17,213 nt of DNA from Candidatus Eiseniibacteriota bacterium (GCA_031364845.1 JANLWX010000136.1:1-17213); one strand, 5' to 3'. Shown: positions 5,595 to 14,846, counted from the first letter of the stretch. A program made the numbers and translations. The notes: a model not told the origin generated them from the sequence alone.

Positions 5595-7778
5595 CTACTT
5601 AACAATCGCCAGCCGTCGTGTTGCCGTCTGTCCGCCCGTCGAGAGCTTGCAGAAGTAAACCCCGCTCGAAAGCCCGGCTGCGTCCCACGTCACCTCGTGG
5701 TGACCGGCGTTCCACAACCCCGAGGCGATCGTAGCGACGCGCCGTCCGTCGACGCCGAACACTTCCAGCGTCAGGACTCTCTGTCGCGGCACGTCGAATG
5801 AGATCGAGGCTTGCGTCGTCACGGGATTCGGGCGGATCGGGCTCAGGCCGAATTGCGGAATCGGTGCGGGTGCGACCGCGGCGATGAGCCGCGCGCTGCC
5901 GGCGACGATTTCGGAGTCGGCGATCGAGTGCACATAGAGAACCTCGTCCAATTCCCGATCTGCCGAGGTGTCGAGCGTGACGTTCAACGTGACGCTGCCT
6001 CCCGGAATCAGCGTGAAAGGCACGCTCGCGTCGGTGGTGAATGCGGCATCGGTCGTGGTCACGCAGGTGATCACGACATCCGTCGCGGACTGGTTGCTCA
6101 CGACGACGGGTAGTACCGGCGCCGTGGCGCCGGTCACGACAGCGCCGAAGTCGACGCTATCGTCCGAGATCTCGATCCGCCGATTGCGCCATGGAAGGCG
6201 ATAGGCGCGGTAGCTCCACGTGTTCGCGGAGAGCCCGAGTTCGAGCGCCGGTGAGTCATCGGCGTGAATGTCCGAAATTCGGAGACTCGACGCGTTGTTG
6301 CCTCCCCAGCACACGAGTCTGCCGCCCGAGGGGCGCACTTGCACGCTGCCCATGAAGCCGCCGAAGGTCGTGGGGCGCGTGCCCCACGACCACACCACGG
6401 TCGCGATCTTGTTCACCTCGTCCACATCGAATTCGAGCGCGCGCGAGTATTGAGGCGCAAGGAAATTGCCGTTGTCGAACAGCGTGAGGTTTCCATTCGG
6501 CTGGCGGCGAATGTCGTGCTGGTGCGAGAACCCGCGCGTGTCGTTCGGAAACGTGAACTGATTGCCGATCGCGTTGAGTCCCATGCGCCACATCACATCG
6601 CCGGTCGTGCGATTGATCTTCGTGATCTCGTTGAGGTGCCTTGATGAGATGAGCCAGTTGCCGTCTGTGTCCAACTCGATTGCGTTGCCGTGGACGTAGT
6701 CGATGCTGGCACTCAACAGATCGACTGCACCCGAGTTGCAGTCGGTGATCGGGATGTAGTCCCAGCTTCGCCACTGGAACACCACGCGACGCGATGCGTC
6801 GAGTTCCTGGAGCACCAGGCCTTCGACCATCGCGTTCGGATTGCCTCCGGCGACCACCGTGTCCATGCGCACCGGCTGTCCGTCGTAGGACATGAGCAGC
6901 GCGTGGCCGTTGGGGAGCAGTTGGAAGTCGTGCCCGTCGATGGGATAGCCGTTGCCGGTCGCAATGGAATCCACGAGGGCATACGTGTCGTCCAGCAGAT
7001 AGGCGTATCTGCCGGCGAGATACGACAGGAGCCCATTGGGCTGCTGGCGGAAGTCGAGCGGGCGTCTCGTGGAGAAATTGCGCCAGAACATCGGAACGCT
7101 TCGGTTGTCCACGATCATGAGGTTGCCGTCGTTCGCGAACACGCCGGGCCCCGCTCGGAACGGCGAGAGCAGGATGACGCCGGGGTCGGGATTGTTGGAC
7201 GACAGTAAGGACACGCCCGGCAGATTGGCCGGAGGGGCGCATGGCAATGCATTCGACGAAACGGGATCGCTGCGAAGCGCCACGGCAGGCGCGGTTTCGG
7301 TCGTGGGGAATTCGGACGCCATGCTGTCGAAGACCCGCGGAGCGGCGGTCAGCGTCTGAGGCGAGACGTGGAACACGAAGTTGAACGTCGGAATCAGCGC
7401 GCCGCCCGCCGTTCGGATTCCCGACAGCAGCGTCGCGGAGACGGTCTCTCCCGGTGTGTAGGGCGCGTCGATCACGAAGTTGAGCGTCCTTTCGTCGTCG
7501 GACAGCGCGAGCGATCCCGAGTGCGGTCCGCTCTGGGCGCCGACCACCTGCAGCAGTCCCTGAGTCACCGTCGTGGAGTCGATGCGGGCGCCGGTGCGGA
7601 AGATCACGCCGTTCCACGCTCGTATGAGCCGCGAGTCGGGCAGCGGAGACACGTACTCATAGCCAGGCACGCTCGCCGCGCTCGCGCGGTGAGCGTTCAC
7701 GAGGGCCAGTGCCATCGGCAGAAGCATCAGTAGCGAGATGAATATTCGTTGCGGCATGCGGGCATTGAGCTTCGGCAC
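5595..7778 (-). CDS. Secreted arylsulfotransferase (ASST)-family beta-propeller with N-terminal Ig-like domain, further Ig-like domain and C-terminal T9SS/FlgD-type sorting domain, ~727 aa
   Basis: GTG 7778 with GGAGG RBS (ATG 7802 and 7757 are alternatives). Signal peptide ..LLMLLPMALALVNAHRASAA. ASST motifs DGHDF, DYVHGNAIELDTDGNWLISSRH, FSHQHD, LFDNGN, YRAYR. C-terminal PNP...GRRVATI..G.H.V.WD...LSSGVYFCKL...RRLAIVK. Confidence 0.88.
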   Translation of the reverse strand: MPKLNARMPQRIFISLLMLLPMALALVNAHRASAASVPGYEYVSPLPDSRLIRAWNGVIFRTGARIDSTTVTQGLLQVVGAQSGPHSGSLALSDDERTLNFVIDAPYTPGETVSATLLSGIRTAGGALIPTFNFVFHVSPQTLTAAPRVFDSMASEFPTTETAPAVALRSDPVSSNALPCAPPANLPGVSLLSSNNPDPGVILLSPFRAGPGVFANDGNLMIVDNRSVPMFWRNFSTRRPLDFRQQPNGLLSYLAGRYAYLLDDTYALVDSIATGNGYPIDGHDFQLLPNGHALLMSYDGQPVRMDTVVAGGNPNAMVEGLVLQELDASRRVVFQWRSWDYIPITDCNSGAVDLLSASIDYVHGNAIELDTDGNWLISSRHLNEITKINRTTGDVMWRMGLNAIGNQFTFPNDTRGFSHQHDIRRQPNGNLTLFDNGNFLAPQYSRALEFDVDEVNKIATVVWSWGTRPTTFGGFMGSVQVRPSGGRLVCWGGNNASSLRISDIHADDSPALELGLSANTWSYRAYRLPWRNRRIEISDDSVDFGAVVTGATAPVLPVVVSNQSATDVVITCVTTTDAAFTTDASVPFTLIPGGSVTLNVTLDTSADRELDEVLYVHSIADSEIVAGSARLIAAVAPAPIPQFGLSPIRPNPVTTQASISFDVPRQRVLTLEVFGVDGRRVATIASGLWNAGHHEVTWDAAGLSSGVYFCKLSTGGQTATRRLAIVK

Positions 7779-7805
7779 GATATCCTCCGAAGTGAGCATC
7801 ATTCA

Positions 7806-7826
7806 CCTGCGGCGTTCCGCCGCAGG
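7806..7826. terminator. GC-rich hairpin just downstream of the suhB stop (terminator/processing-like)
   Basis: CCTGCGGCG-TTC-CGCCGCAGG, a perfect 9-bp stem in the suhB-arylsulfotransferase gap. No clear U-tract. Confidence 0.4.
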
Positions 7827-7832
7827 CGAGAA

Positions 7833-8639
7833 TTAAAGCACGCGAGGGCCGTGGATTGCGATCAACTGCGCCATTTCGTCGTGCAGCTTCGTATTGCTCG
7901 CCAGGATCTCGCGACGATCGAGTTCGAAGCCGCTGCGATCGAAACGCGTCACGGTGCCGCCGGCTTCACGCACGATGAGCACGCCGGCCGCCATGTCCCA
8001 CGCCGAAAGGTGCCGCTCCCAGAATCCGTCGAAGCGCCCGCATGCGAGGCAGCAGAGGTTGAGCGCGGCCGAGCCGTCGCGGCGCACGCCCTGCGCGCGC
8101 ACGAGAAATGCCTCGAACAGCGGCATGATCGTCTGCGGATGCTCGCGCACCGAGTACGGGAAGCCGGTCACCAGCAGCGCGTCCTCGACGCGCGGAATCG
8201 CCGAGACGTGGATCGGCTTGCCGTCGAGTGTCGCGCCGAGGCCGCGCGCGGCGGCGAACATCTCGTCGCGCACCGGATCGTAGACCGCGCCCGCGATCAA
8301 CTCGCCCGCGTGCTCGACGCCGACCGACACACAGAAGAACGGATAGTTGTGCGCGAAGTTCGTGGTGCCATCGAGCGGGTCGACCAGCCACCGCGTCCGG
8401 CCCGCGGCCTCGTGCATGCCCGACTCTTCGGCGAGGATCGCGTGATCCGGAAACCGCTCGCCGATGCGCTCGAGCAGCAGCGCTTCGCTGCGGCGATCGT
8501 ACTCGGTGACCAGATCGATCACGCCTTTGCGCTCGGGCGCGTGGATCGTGCCGTAGCCCGACTTCAAGACCGCGCCGGCCTCGCGCGCGAACGCGATCGC
8601 GGCGTCGCGCAGGACTTCGGGAGTCTCGGCGGTCGTCAT
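7833..8639 (-). CDS. suhB: Inositol-1-monophosphatase (SuhB family), 268 aa
   Basis: Start re-called at MTTAETPEV (ATG 8639). Motifs DLVTEYD, LAEES, WLVDPLDGTTNF, TGFPY, RRDGSAAL, WDMAAG. Confidence 0.92.
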   Translation of the reverse strand: MTTAETPEVLRDAAIAFAREAGAVLKSGYGTIHAPERKGVIDLVTEYDRRSEALLLERIGERFPDHAILAEESGMHEAAGRTRWLVDPLDGTTNFAHNYPFFCVSVGVEHAGELIAGAVYDPVRDEMFAAARGLGATLDGKPIHVSAIPRVEDALLVTGFPYSVREHPQTIMPLFEAFLVRAQGVRRDGSAALNLCCLACGRFDGFWERHLSAWDMAAGVLIVREAGGTVTRFDRSGFELDRREILASNTKLHDEMAQLIAIHGPRVL

Positions 8640-8673
8640 CGGGAGCCGCGGCGCCGCGCCCGTGACGCCGGCC

Positions 8674-11600
8674 TCAACCGCCGCCTCCGCGCGTCGCACT
8701 GTAGACGCAGAAGCGCGAGAACGGGCAGTAGAGGCAGCGCTTGCGCTCGGGCTTGGCGGGGAACAGCGCCGCACGGATGCCGCGCCCGGCCTGGGCCACG
8801 CGTTCGCGCGCCAGCTCCACATGGATCGGTTCGACTTCGGCCGAGCCCACCACGCCCGATTCCACGAACTGCAGCTCGACGCGGTCCGGCATCGCCGAGC
8901 GCGTCTCGAGGTAGGCGAGCGCGTAGAGCCCGAGCTGGTCCTCCTTGAGACTCTTCGCCGCGCGCTGGTCGGCCTTGTCGACTTCGTCGACCTCGGCGGT
9001 CTTGTAATCGACGATCACGATGCCGCCGTCGCGTTCGTCGATCCGGTCGAAGCGCCCGTTCACGGTGTCGTGGCCCTGCGTGAATGCGAAGTCGGTCTCG
9101 ATCGCGAGCGGAACGATGCCGCTCTTCTCTTCGCGCGCGACGAAGCGCCGGATCATCTCGCGGCCTTCCTCGAGACGCCGCTCCTCGTGCTCTCGCGTGT
9201 AGAAACCCTCGCTCGACCACGCGCTCTCGAACGCGGCGAGCACGTCCTCGGGGACGATCGGCATGCCGCGGCGCTTGTGCTGGTGATAGATCTTGATCGC
9301 GTGATGGATCGCGCTGCCGAACATCGCGCGCGGATCACGCTGGAGCGGGATCTTCACCACGTGCGCGTATTTGTACTTGAGCGGGCACGTGAGGAAGTCG
9401 TCGATCTGATCCTTCGACAGGCGCAGTGGCGCGTCCTCCGCCATCGGCGCGATCTCGGGTGCGATCGGCTCGACCCCCGGCGCGAATTGCGCGATGCCTT
9501 CGACCGCCGACGGTGTCACCGGCGTGCGCGGTGTCGCGGCCTGGGGCAGCGCCTCGGTCACGAGCGGACTCAGCTTGCGCGAGCGCGGGCGGTAGCCGCC
9601 GCCATAGTCCAACGCATACGTGAACGTGAGCCGGTCCTTCGCGCGCGTCATGCCCACATAGAACACGCGGCGCTCCTCGCGATCGTGGTCCGCCTTCTGA
9701 TCGACCGGCCCCAGGTGCAGCTCGGGTGGCAGCGCGAGCGACTCCGCGCGCCAGTTGAGCGGGAACTTCTGGCCGACCAACTGCACCATGTAGACCACCG
9801 GAAATTCGAGCCCCTTCGCGTTGTGCGCGGTCAGCAGGTGCACGGCGTCCTCGTCGAATTCGACTTCGGCAGCCGAAGGATCGTCGCCCGCTTCGATCAA
9901 GAGATCGAGGTGCCCGATGAACTGATCGACGCGGTCGCGCTGGAGCAGCGGGCCGATGCGCGCGGCGATGTGGAACAGCTTGTTCAAGTTCTGCGCCTGC
10001 TCGATCGCTTCGGCGCGATCGTCGGCTGCGAGGCGTCCGAGCAACCCGCTCGCTTCGGCGAACTCGTACATGATCTCGGTGGTCGCGCGATGCACGGCAC
10101 TCGCCGTGAGCTGGCGGTGCAGCTCGACGAATCGCAGGATCGCTTCGCGCGACGCCGGCTGGATGTCGGTGGTGGCATCGCGCGCGATCACCGCCGCCAG
10201 TCCGATCAGCGAGGCGCGGCGCGTGCGCGCGCGTGCCGAGATCCAGCCCAGGTCGAGCGGATCGACGCCGAACATCGGATCGCCGAGCGCGTGATAGACC
10301 GCGCCACCATCGTCGGGGTCCGCGATCGAGCGCAGCACGTTCAAGACCAGCTGCACTTCGGGGCGCGTGTAGAGACCCTTGGTGCTCGAGCGATGGAAGC
10401 GGATACCGCGCGCCTTGAGCGAGGCCGCGAACGGATCGAGATTTCCGTGCGTGCGCCCGAGGATCGCGAAGTCGCCGGGGGTACGCTCGCCGCGCTCGAT
10501 CTCCTCGGCGATCTCGGCCGCCACGCCGTCGGCCTCGTCGCTCATCGCGCGGAACGACTTCACTTCGACCACGCCCTCGGTGCCGCGCGCGCTGATGAGG
10601 CGTTTGTCGTAGCCGCGCAGATCCTCGAGCCGGTGCGGGTTGTTGAACTTGATCAGATGATGCGCGCGATCGAGGATCTCCTGGCCCGAGCGGTAGTTCT
10701 GCGTGAGCAGCAGCTCGCGCGCGCCTTGGAACTCCTCCAGGAACCGCAGCAGATTTTCGACCTTGGCCCCGCGGAACCGGTAGATGCTCTGGTCGTCGTC
10801 GCCGACCACGGTGAGATTCTGCCGCTCGCCGGCCAGCAGCTTCACGAGCTCGAACTGCACGTGGTTCGTGTCCTGGAACTCGTCGACCAGGATGTAGCGG
10901 AAGCGGTCGGCGTACTCGCGGCGCAGGTAGGGGCGCTCGCGCAGGATGCGCAGCGCGAGCCCGATTTGCGATCCGAAGTCGATGCGCCCGTGCTTGATGA
11001 TGAGCTTCTGGTAGGCGCGGTACGCCTTCGCCTTCTCCAGCTCCATCTCCGCGCGATCGCGCTCTTCGTCGTTCGTGGCGTTGACCGCGAGCCGCTCGGC
11101 GAAGGCCAGGTACTTCTCGGGCGACACGTCCTCCTCGCGCGCGCGGTCGAACAGCGACCGGAACGAACGCAGGTGCTCGTCGGGCTTACCGAGCGGGAGG
11201 TAGCGCTTGAGGCCCAGTTCGAACAGATGCTCGCGCAGGAACACCAGCATCTCGGCGTCGCCTTCGACGCGCAGTTGCGTGGTGAGTCCGAGTTCGACCG
11301 CGTGCTCGCGCAGGATGCGATCGCCGAACGCATGGAACGTGCAGATCGTGGTGCCCGTGAAGCCGTAGGGCACGAGCGTGTCGACGCGCGCCTCCATTTC
11401 GGCGGCGGCTTTCTCGGTGTAGGTGAGGGCCAGGATCTGCTCGGGGCGCGCCTTCTTGGCGGCGATGAGCCACGCGATGCGCCGCGTGATGACCTGCGTC
11501 TTGCCGGTGCCGGCACCGGCCACGATCAGCATCGGGCCGTCGCCGTGCGTGACGGCGTCACGCTGCTCGGGATTCAGGCCGTCGAGGATGCCCTCGGCGC

Positions 11601-11769
11601 CGCTGCGGCTCGTGAACGACGGCGCGGCAGGAGCGGGCTCGGACCCGGCGGATGCCGGTGGCGGCGGAAGCTCGGACGCTTCGTTCGATCCACCCGCCGC
11701 CTCAGCCGCCGGAATCGCATCGAACAGGCCGGGTGCCTCGGAACCGGAGCGAATCGAGCGGGTCGGCAT
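8674..11769 (-). CDS. UvrD/PcrA-type SF1 DNA helicase fused to C-terminal PD-(D/E)xK (RecB/AddB/AdnB-like) nuclease with 4-Cys Fe-S staple, ~1031 aa
   Basis: Helicase motifs LNPEQ, AGAGTGKT, VDEFQD, VGDDDQSIYRFRG, NYRS, TAHNAKGLEF, EERRVFYVGMTRA. Nuclease GRFDRID..IVDYKT..QLGLYA, with CP...CxxCxxxxxC. Start at ATG 11769 is inferred from a promoter. Confidence 0.92.
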   Translation of the reverse strand: MPTRSIRSGSEAPGLFDAIPAAEAAGGSNEASELPPPPASAGSEPAPAAPSFTSRSGAEGILDGLNPEQRDAVTHGDGPMLIVAGAGTGKTQVITRRIAWLIAAKKARPEQILALTYTEKAAAEMEARVDTLVPYGFTGTTICTFHAFGDRILREHAVELGLTTQLRVEGDAEMLVFLREHLFELGLKRYLPLGKPDEHLRSFRSLFDRAREEDVSPEKYLAFAERLAVNATNDEERDRAEMELEKAKAYRAYQKLIIKHGRIDFGSQIGLALRILRERPYLRREYADRFRYILVDEFQDTNHVQFELVKLLAGERQNLTVVGDDDQSIYRFRGAKVENLLRFLEEFQGARELLLTQNYRSGQEILDRAHHLIKFNNPHRLEDLRGYDKRLISARGTEGVVEVKSFRAMSDEADGVAAEIAEEIERGERTPGDFAILGRTHGNLDPFAASLKARGIRFHRSSTKGLYTRPEVQLVLNVLRSIADPDDGGAVYHALGDPMFGVDPLDLGWISARARTRRASLIGLAAVIARDATTDIQPASREAILRFVELHRQLTASAVHRATTEIMYEFAEASGLLGRLAADDRAEAIEQAQNLNKLFHIAARIGPLLQRDRVDQFIGHLDLLIEAGDDPSAAEVEFDEDAVHLLTAHNAKGLEFPVVYMVQLVGQKFPLNWRAESLALPPELHLGPVDQKADHDREERRVFYVGMTRAKDRLTFTYALDYGGGYRPRSRKLSPLVTEALPQAATPRTPVTPSAVEGIAQFAPGVEPIAPEIAPMAEDAPLRLSKDQIDDFLTCPLKYKYAHVVKIPLQRDPRAMFGSAIHHAIKIYHQHKRRGMPIVPEDVLAAFESAWSSEGFYTREHEERRLEEGREMIRRFVAREEKSGIVPLAIETDFAFTQGHDTVNGRFDRIDERDGGIVIVDYKTAEVDEVDKADQRAAKSLKEDQLGLYALAYLETRSAMPDRVELQFVESGVVGSAEVEPIHVELARERVAQAGRGIRAALFPAKPERKRCLYCPFSRFCVYSATRGGGG

Positions 11770-11779
11770 GATGTTTCGC

Positions 11780-11827
11780 ACGCTAGCACGCGCCCGCGCC
11801 ACTCCAAAGCCCGGCGGATGTTATGAT
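11780..11827. promoter_or_regulatory. Back-to-back extended -10 promoters for the helicase (-) and the ABC substrate-binding protein (+)
   Basis: Plus: TG-T-TATGAT (11819-11827). Minus: TG-C-TAGCGT (11788-11780), about 10 nt before ATG 11769. Confidence 0.5.
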
Positions 11828-11841
11828 GGCCGGCCTCTCTC

Positions 11842-13422
11842 ATGGACGGAACCTTGCACGAACGACTCGTCAATCTGCTGAAGCATTCGGTGCTGCTCGC
11901 GATCGCGTGGATCTCCTGTACGACGCTCGCGGGTTGCGCCAAGCCCGCCACGATCCCGACCACGTTCGCGTGGGTGCTCGGAGGATCGGAGCCCGCATTC
12001 GATCCGCATGGTCCGCCGGATGCGCGCCGCTGGGCGCTCGAACGCCTGCTGACGCGCGGACTCGTCGCCGAGGACTCGCTCGGCCGCGTGGTGCCCGCGG
12101 CGGCCGAGTCTTTCACCGCCTCGGACGACAGCCTCACCTGGACGTTTCGCTTGCGCCGCGAGCTTCAGTACACCGACGGCAGCGCGTGCGTGAGCGCGGA
12201 CTTCAAGCGCGCGCTCACGACCGGTCTCACGCGGCGCGATCACGGCACGCAGGCGTGGGTGCTCGCGGCGGTGACGGGGGTCGAAGCGATCCGCGCCGGT
12301 CGCGCGCTGCCCGCGCTCGGCATCGAAACGCCGGATGACCACACGCTCGTGCTGCGGCTTGTGCGACCCGATGTGCTGCTGCTGCGCAAACTCGCTGTGC
12401 CGGGGGTATGTGACGCGTGGTCCACGAAGGGCGATTCCACCTGGCTCGGCGCGATCGGGCTCGGTCCGCTGCGCGCGGTCGAGCATCAGGCCGGCCGGCG
12501 CATGCATCTGGTCCCTGCGGGAGCGACGCGCCCATCGCATGCGCCGGCCGACACCGTGTTCATCCGATTCGGTCTCACCGCCGGCCGCGCGCGCACGCTG
12601 CTGCGCAACGGCGCGGTCGACCTGATCTGGCCGCTGCCGCAGGGCATGCTCGACGAAGCGCTGCCCGCCGCGTACCGCACGCGCACCGAAAAGGCGCGGC
12701 CCCGCCGGCAACTCGTGCTGGTGATGCGCGCCGATCTGCCGCCGACCACGCGGCTGCCCGCGCGCCGCGCGCTGGCCCACGGCATCAACCGCGAAGATGT
12801 CGTGCAACTGCTCGGACCGGGTGCGGAGAAGCGCACGTCGTGGCTCGCCGGATCCCCGCCTGCCGAATTTCCGTCGCTCGATGGCGAAGAGATCTTGATG
12901 TGGATGGAGCGCGGAAAACTCGGGCGCTCGTTCCATGTGGAGATGGCGTATCGCGGCGATGGACCGGGTGAATCGGTCGCGCGTTCGATGCAGGGAGAGT
13001 GGTCGAACCACGCGATCTACATCGAGCCGCGTCCGCTGCGCGGGGAGCGCTTCACCGACGAAGCCCTGGGCGGACGCATGCATCTCGTGATCGCCGAGTC
13101 GCAGCCGCTGATCGACGATGTGGCCGCCGAGCTGGCGCAGATGGTGATGCCGATCCGCGGTCCCGCGGTCGGTAGCTATCGCAGCGGCTGGCGCACGCGC
13201 GAGTTCGACCCGTGGATTTTCCCGTCCACCCGCGAGACCGCGCCGCTCGACTTCCTCGAGCACCGGCTCGAGGAGGAGATGATCGTGCTGCCGCTCGCCG
13301 AGCTGCCCTGGGTGTGGATCGAACGCGACGCGGAGCCTGTGGGATTGCTGCATCCGCACTTCGGCCCGACCGGTGGATGGTCGAATGCACTTCCTTCGGC
13401 GGCGGTGATCGCGGATCATTGA
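11842..13422 (+). CDS. ABC transporter substrate-binding lipoprotein, family 5 (peptide/nickel type)
   Basis: Lipobox LAG|C. FDP...RGLV.....G.VVPAAAES...SDD.LTWTFRLR..L.YTDG...V.ADF and ETPDDHTLVLRL match the SBP_bac_5 N-terminus; also RRALAHGINRE. Start may be TTG 11854. Confidence 0.8.
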   Translation: MDGTLHERLVNLLKHSVLLAIAWISCTTLAGCAKPATIPTTFAWVLGGSEPAFDPHGPPDARRWALERLLTRGLVAEDSLGRVVPAAAESFTASDDSLTWTFRLRRELQYTDGSACVSADFKRALTTGLTRRDHGTQAWVLAAVTGVEAIRAGRALPALGIETPDDHTLVLRLVRPDVLLLRKLAVPGVCDAWSTKGDSTWLGAIGLGPLRAVEHQAGRRMHLVPAGATRPSHAPADTVFIRFGLTAGRARTLLRNGAVDLIWPLPQGMLDEALPAAYRTRTEKARPRRQLVLVMRADLPPTTRLPARRALAHGINREDVVQLLGPGAEKRTSWLAGSPPAEFPSLDGEEILMWMERGKLGRSFHVEMAYRGDGPGESVARSMQGEWSNHAIYIEPRPLRGERFTDEALGGRMHLVIAESQPLIDDVAAELAQMVMPIRGPAVGSYRSGWRTREFDPWIFPSTRETAPLDFLEHRLEEEMIVLPLAELPWVWIERDAEPVGLLHPHFGPTGGWSNALPSAAVIADH

Positions 13423-13426
13423 CGCT

Positions 13427-14663
13427 ATGAATCCCGGCGTCCTCCCGAAAATCGTCCTGCGCGTGTCGGCGCTGATGCTGCTGCACGTCGCCGCCGCACC
13501 CGCGCGCGCCGAGTGGGTGAGCGCGGGGCTGCAGGGCGAATCGGTGCGCACGATCGTCCAGTGCCGCTCGGGCGTGCGCATCGCCGCCGCGGGCCAGGGC
13601 GTGCGCCGCTCGTTCGATGGCGGAGCCACGTGGATCCCGATCGCTGACGAGCGCTTCGGTGACGCCTTCACCGCGATCGCGTACGCCGACTCGAACCTCG
13701 TCTACATCTCGGTCGAGTCCGGTACGTTTCGATCCGCCGATGAAGGATCCACGTGGCAGTTCCTCGGCGACGCGATCGCCGGAACCTATTCCCTGGCGAT
13801 CGCACCCAACCTCGACCTCTATGCGTCGGGCGGAATCGGGACCCTTCGTTCCACCGATCGCGGACTCAGCTGGTCGTCCATCGATCAAACTCCCGGCAGC
13901 TTCGGCGACGGCGTTGCCGTCGATCCGGACGGACGCGTGTTCGTGAAGACCATCGTCGACAACCTGTTCCGGTCCACGGATCACGGCGCATCATGGGACA
14001 CGCTGAATCCCGGGCCCGACTACAAGGCAGCCCTCGAGGCGAGTCCCTACTCCGGCACGCTGCTGGTCGGCACGCAGTCGTTCACCACTCCGGGCATGCT
14101 CTCGGTCTATCGGTCCACCGACCACGGTGACTCGTGGCAGCGCGTCATGCATCGCGCCGGGGGTATGGATGCGTTCCGATTCCTCAGCAACGGCGGAGCG
14201 GTGATGGCCGGAGATGTGGTGTTCTATTCGAGCGACGACGGGCTCACGTGGGAGCCGCGCAATGCCGGGATGCCGGCCGGCGAACAGGTGAGGGAGTTCG
14301 TCGAACTCGACGGTGTCGTCTACGCGTGCATGAGGGACGACGGCATCTATCGTGAGGACCAGATCCTCCTGCCGGTTACGGATCCACCGGGTCCTTACGT
14401 GAGCCGCCTGCGTGTGAGCGCCGCACCGAACCGGTTCCAGACCCGGACCACGTTGCGCTTCGAACTGCCGGCCACGGGCCGCGCGCGTATCGATGTGTTC
14501 GACCTCAACGGCCCGCCGCCGGGTGCGGGTAGCCGACGACCGGTTCTCCGTCGGGGCTCACTCGGTCACGCTCGAGGTGGCATCACTGGAGCCCGGGCTC
14601 TACTTCGCGATCCTGTCCACAGACGAGGAATCGGCCACCGCCCGGCTCGTTGTCGTCCGTTGA
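13427..14663 (+). pseudogene. Secreted BNR/Asp-box beta-propeller protein with C-terminal T9SS/FlgD-type sorting domain, interrupted by a +1 frameshift near 14511-14520
   Basis: Signal peptide (..AAAPARA|EW) and six Asp-boxes (SFDGGATW, SADEGSTW, STDRGLSW, STDHGASW, STDHGDSW, SDDGLTW). After DVFDLNG the sorting domain continues in the +1 frame: RRRVRVADDRFSVGAHSVTLEVASLEPGLYFAILSTDEESATARLVVVR* (stop 14661-14663). Confidence 0.8.
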
Positions 14664-14846
14664 AGCCGCGGTGACAACCGCGTAGTCATACTGCCCCCAG
14701 CGTACGGGTCTTTTCACACAGCCACTTCGCGGAGCACGACAGCTTCCGTTGCCAATGCAGAGTCGATTCGTCACTTGCCGTTCAAATTACCCATTCCGGC
14801 AGAGAATCGGGGAGGGCGTGGTTCTTGCCCTAACCTCTTTATGTCG

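Noticed and set aside
8640..8822. N-terminal extension of the suhB ORF
   Set aside because: Overlaps the helicase 3' end; IMPase-like sequence starts at ATG 8639.
8674..9430. Cas4 call for the Fe-S PD-(D/E)xK domain
   Set aside because: Fused to a UvrD helicase with no cas1/cas2 or array; fits the AdnB/AddB-type repair nuclease.
8662..11826. 1054-aa plus-strand ORF
   Set aside because: Antisense shadow of the helicase-nuclease in high-GC DNA; no recognisable motifs.
11821..13671. 616-aa minus-strand ORF
   Set aside because: Antisense to the SBP and propeller genes; Arg/Ala-rich with no domain signature.
14667..14682. CGCGGT-GACA-ACCGCG hairpin after the propeller gene
   Set aside because: Only a 6-bp stem with no adjacent U-tract; too weak to call a terminator.
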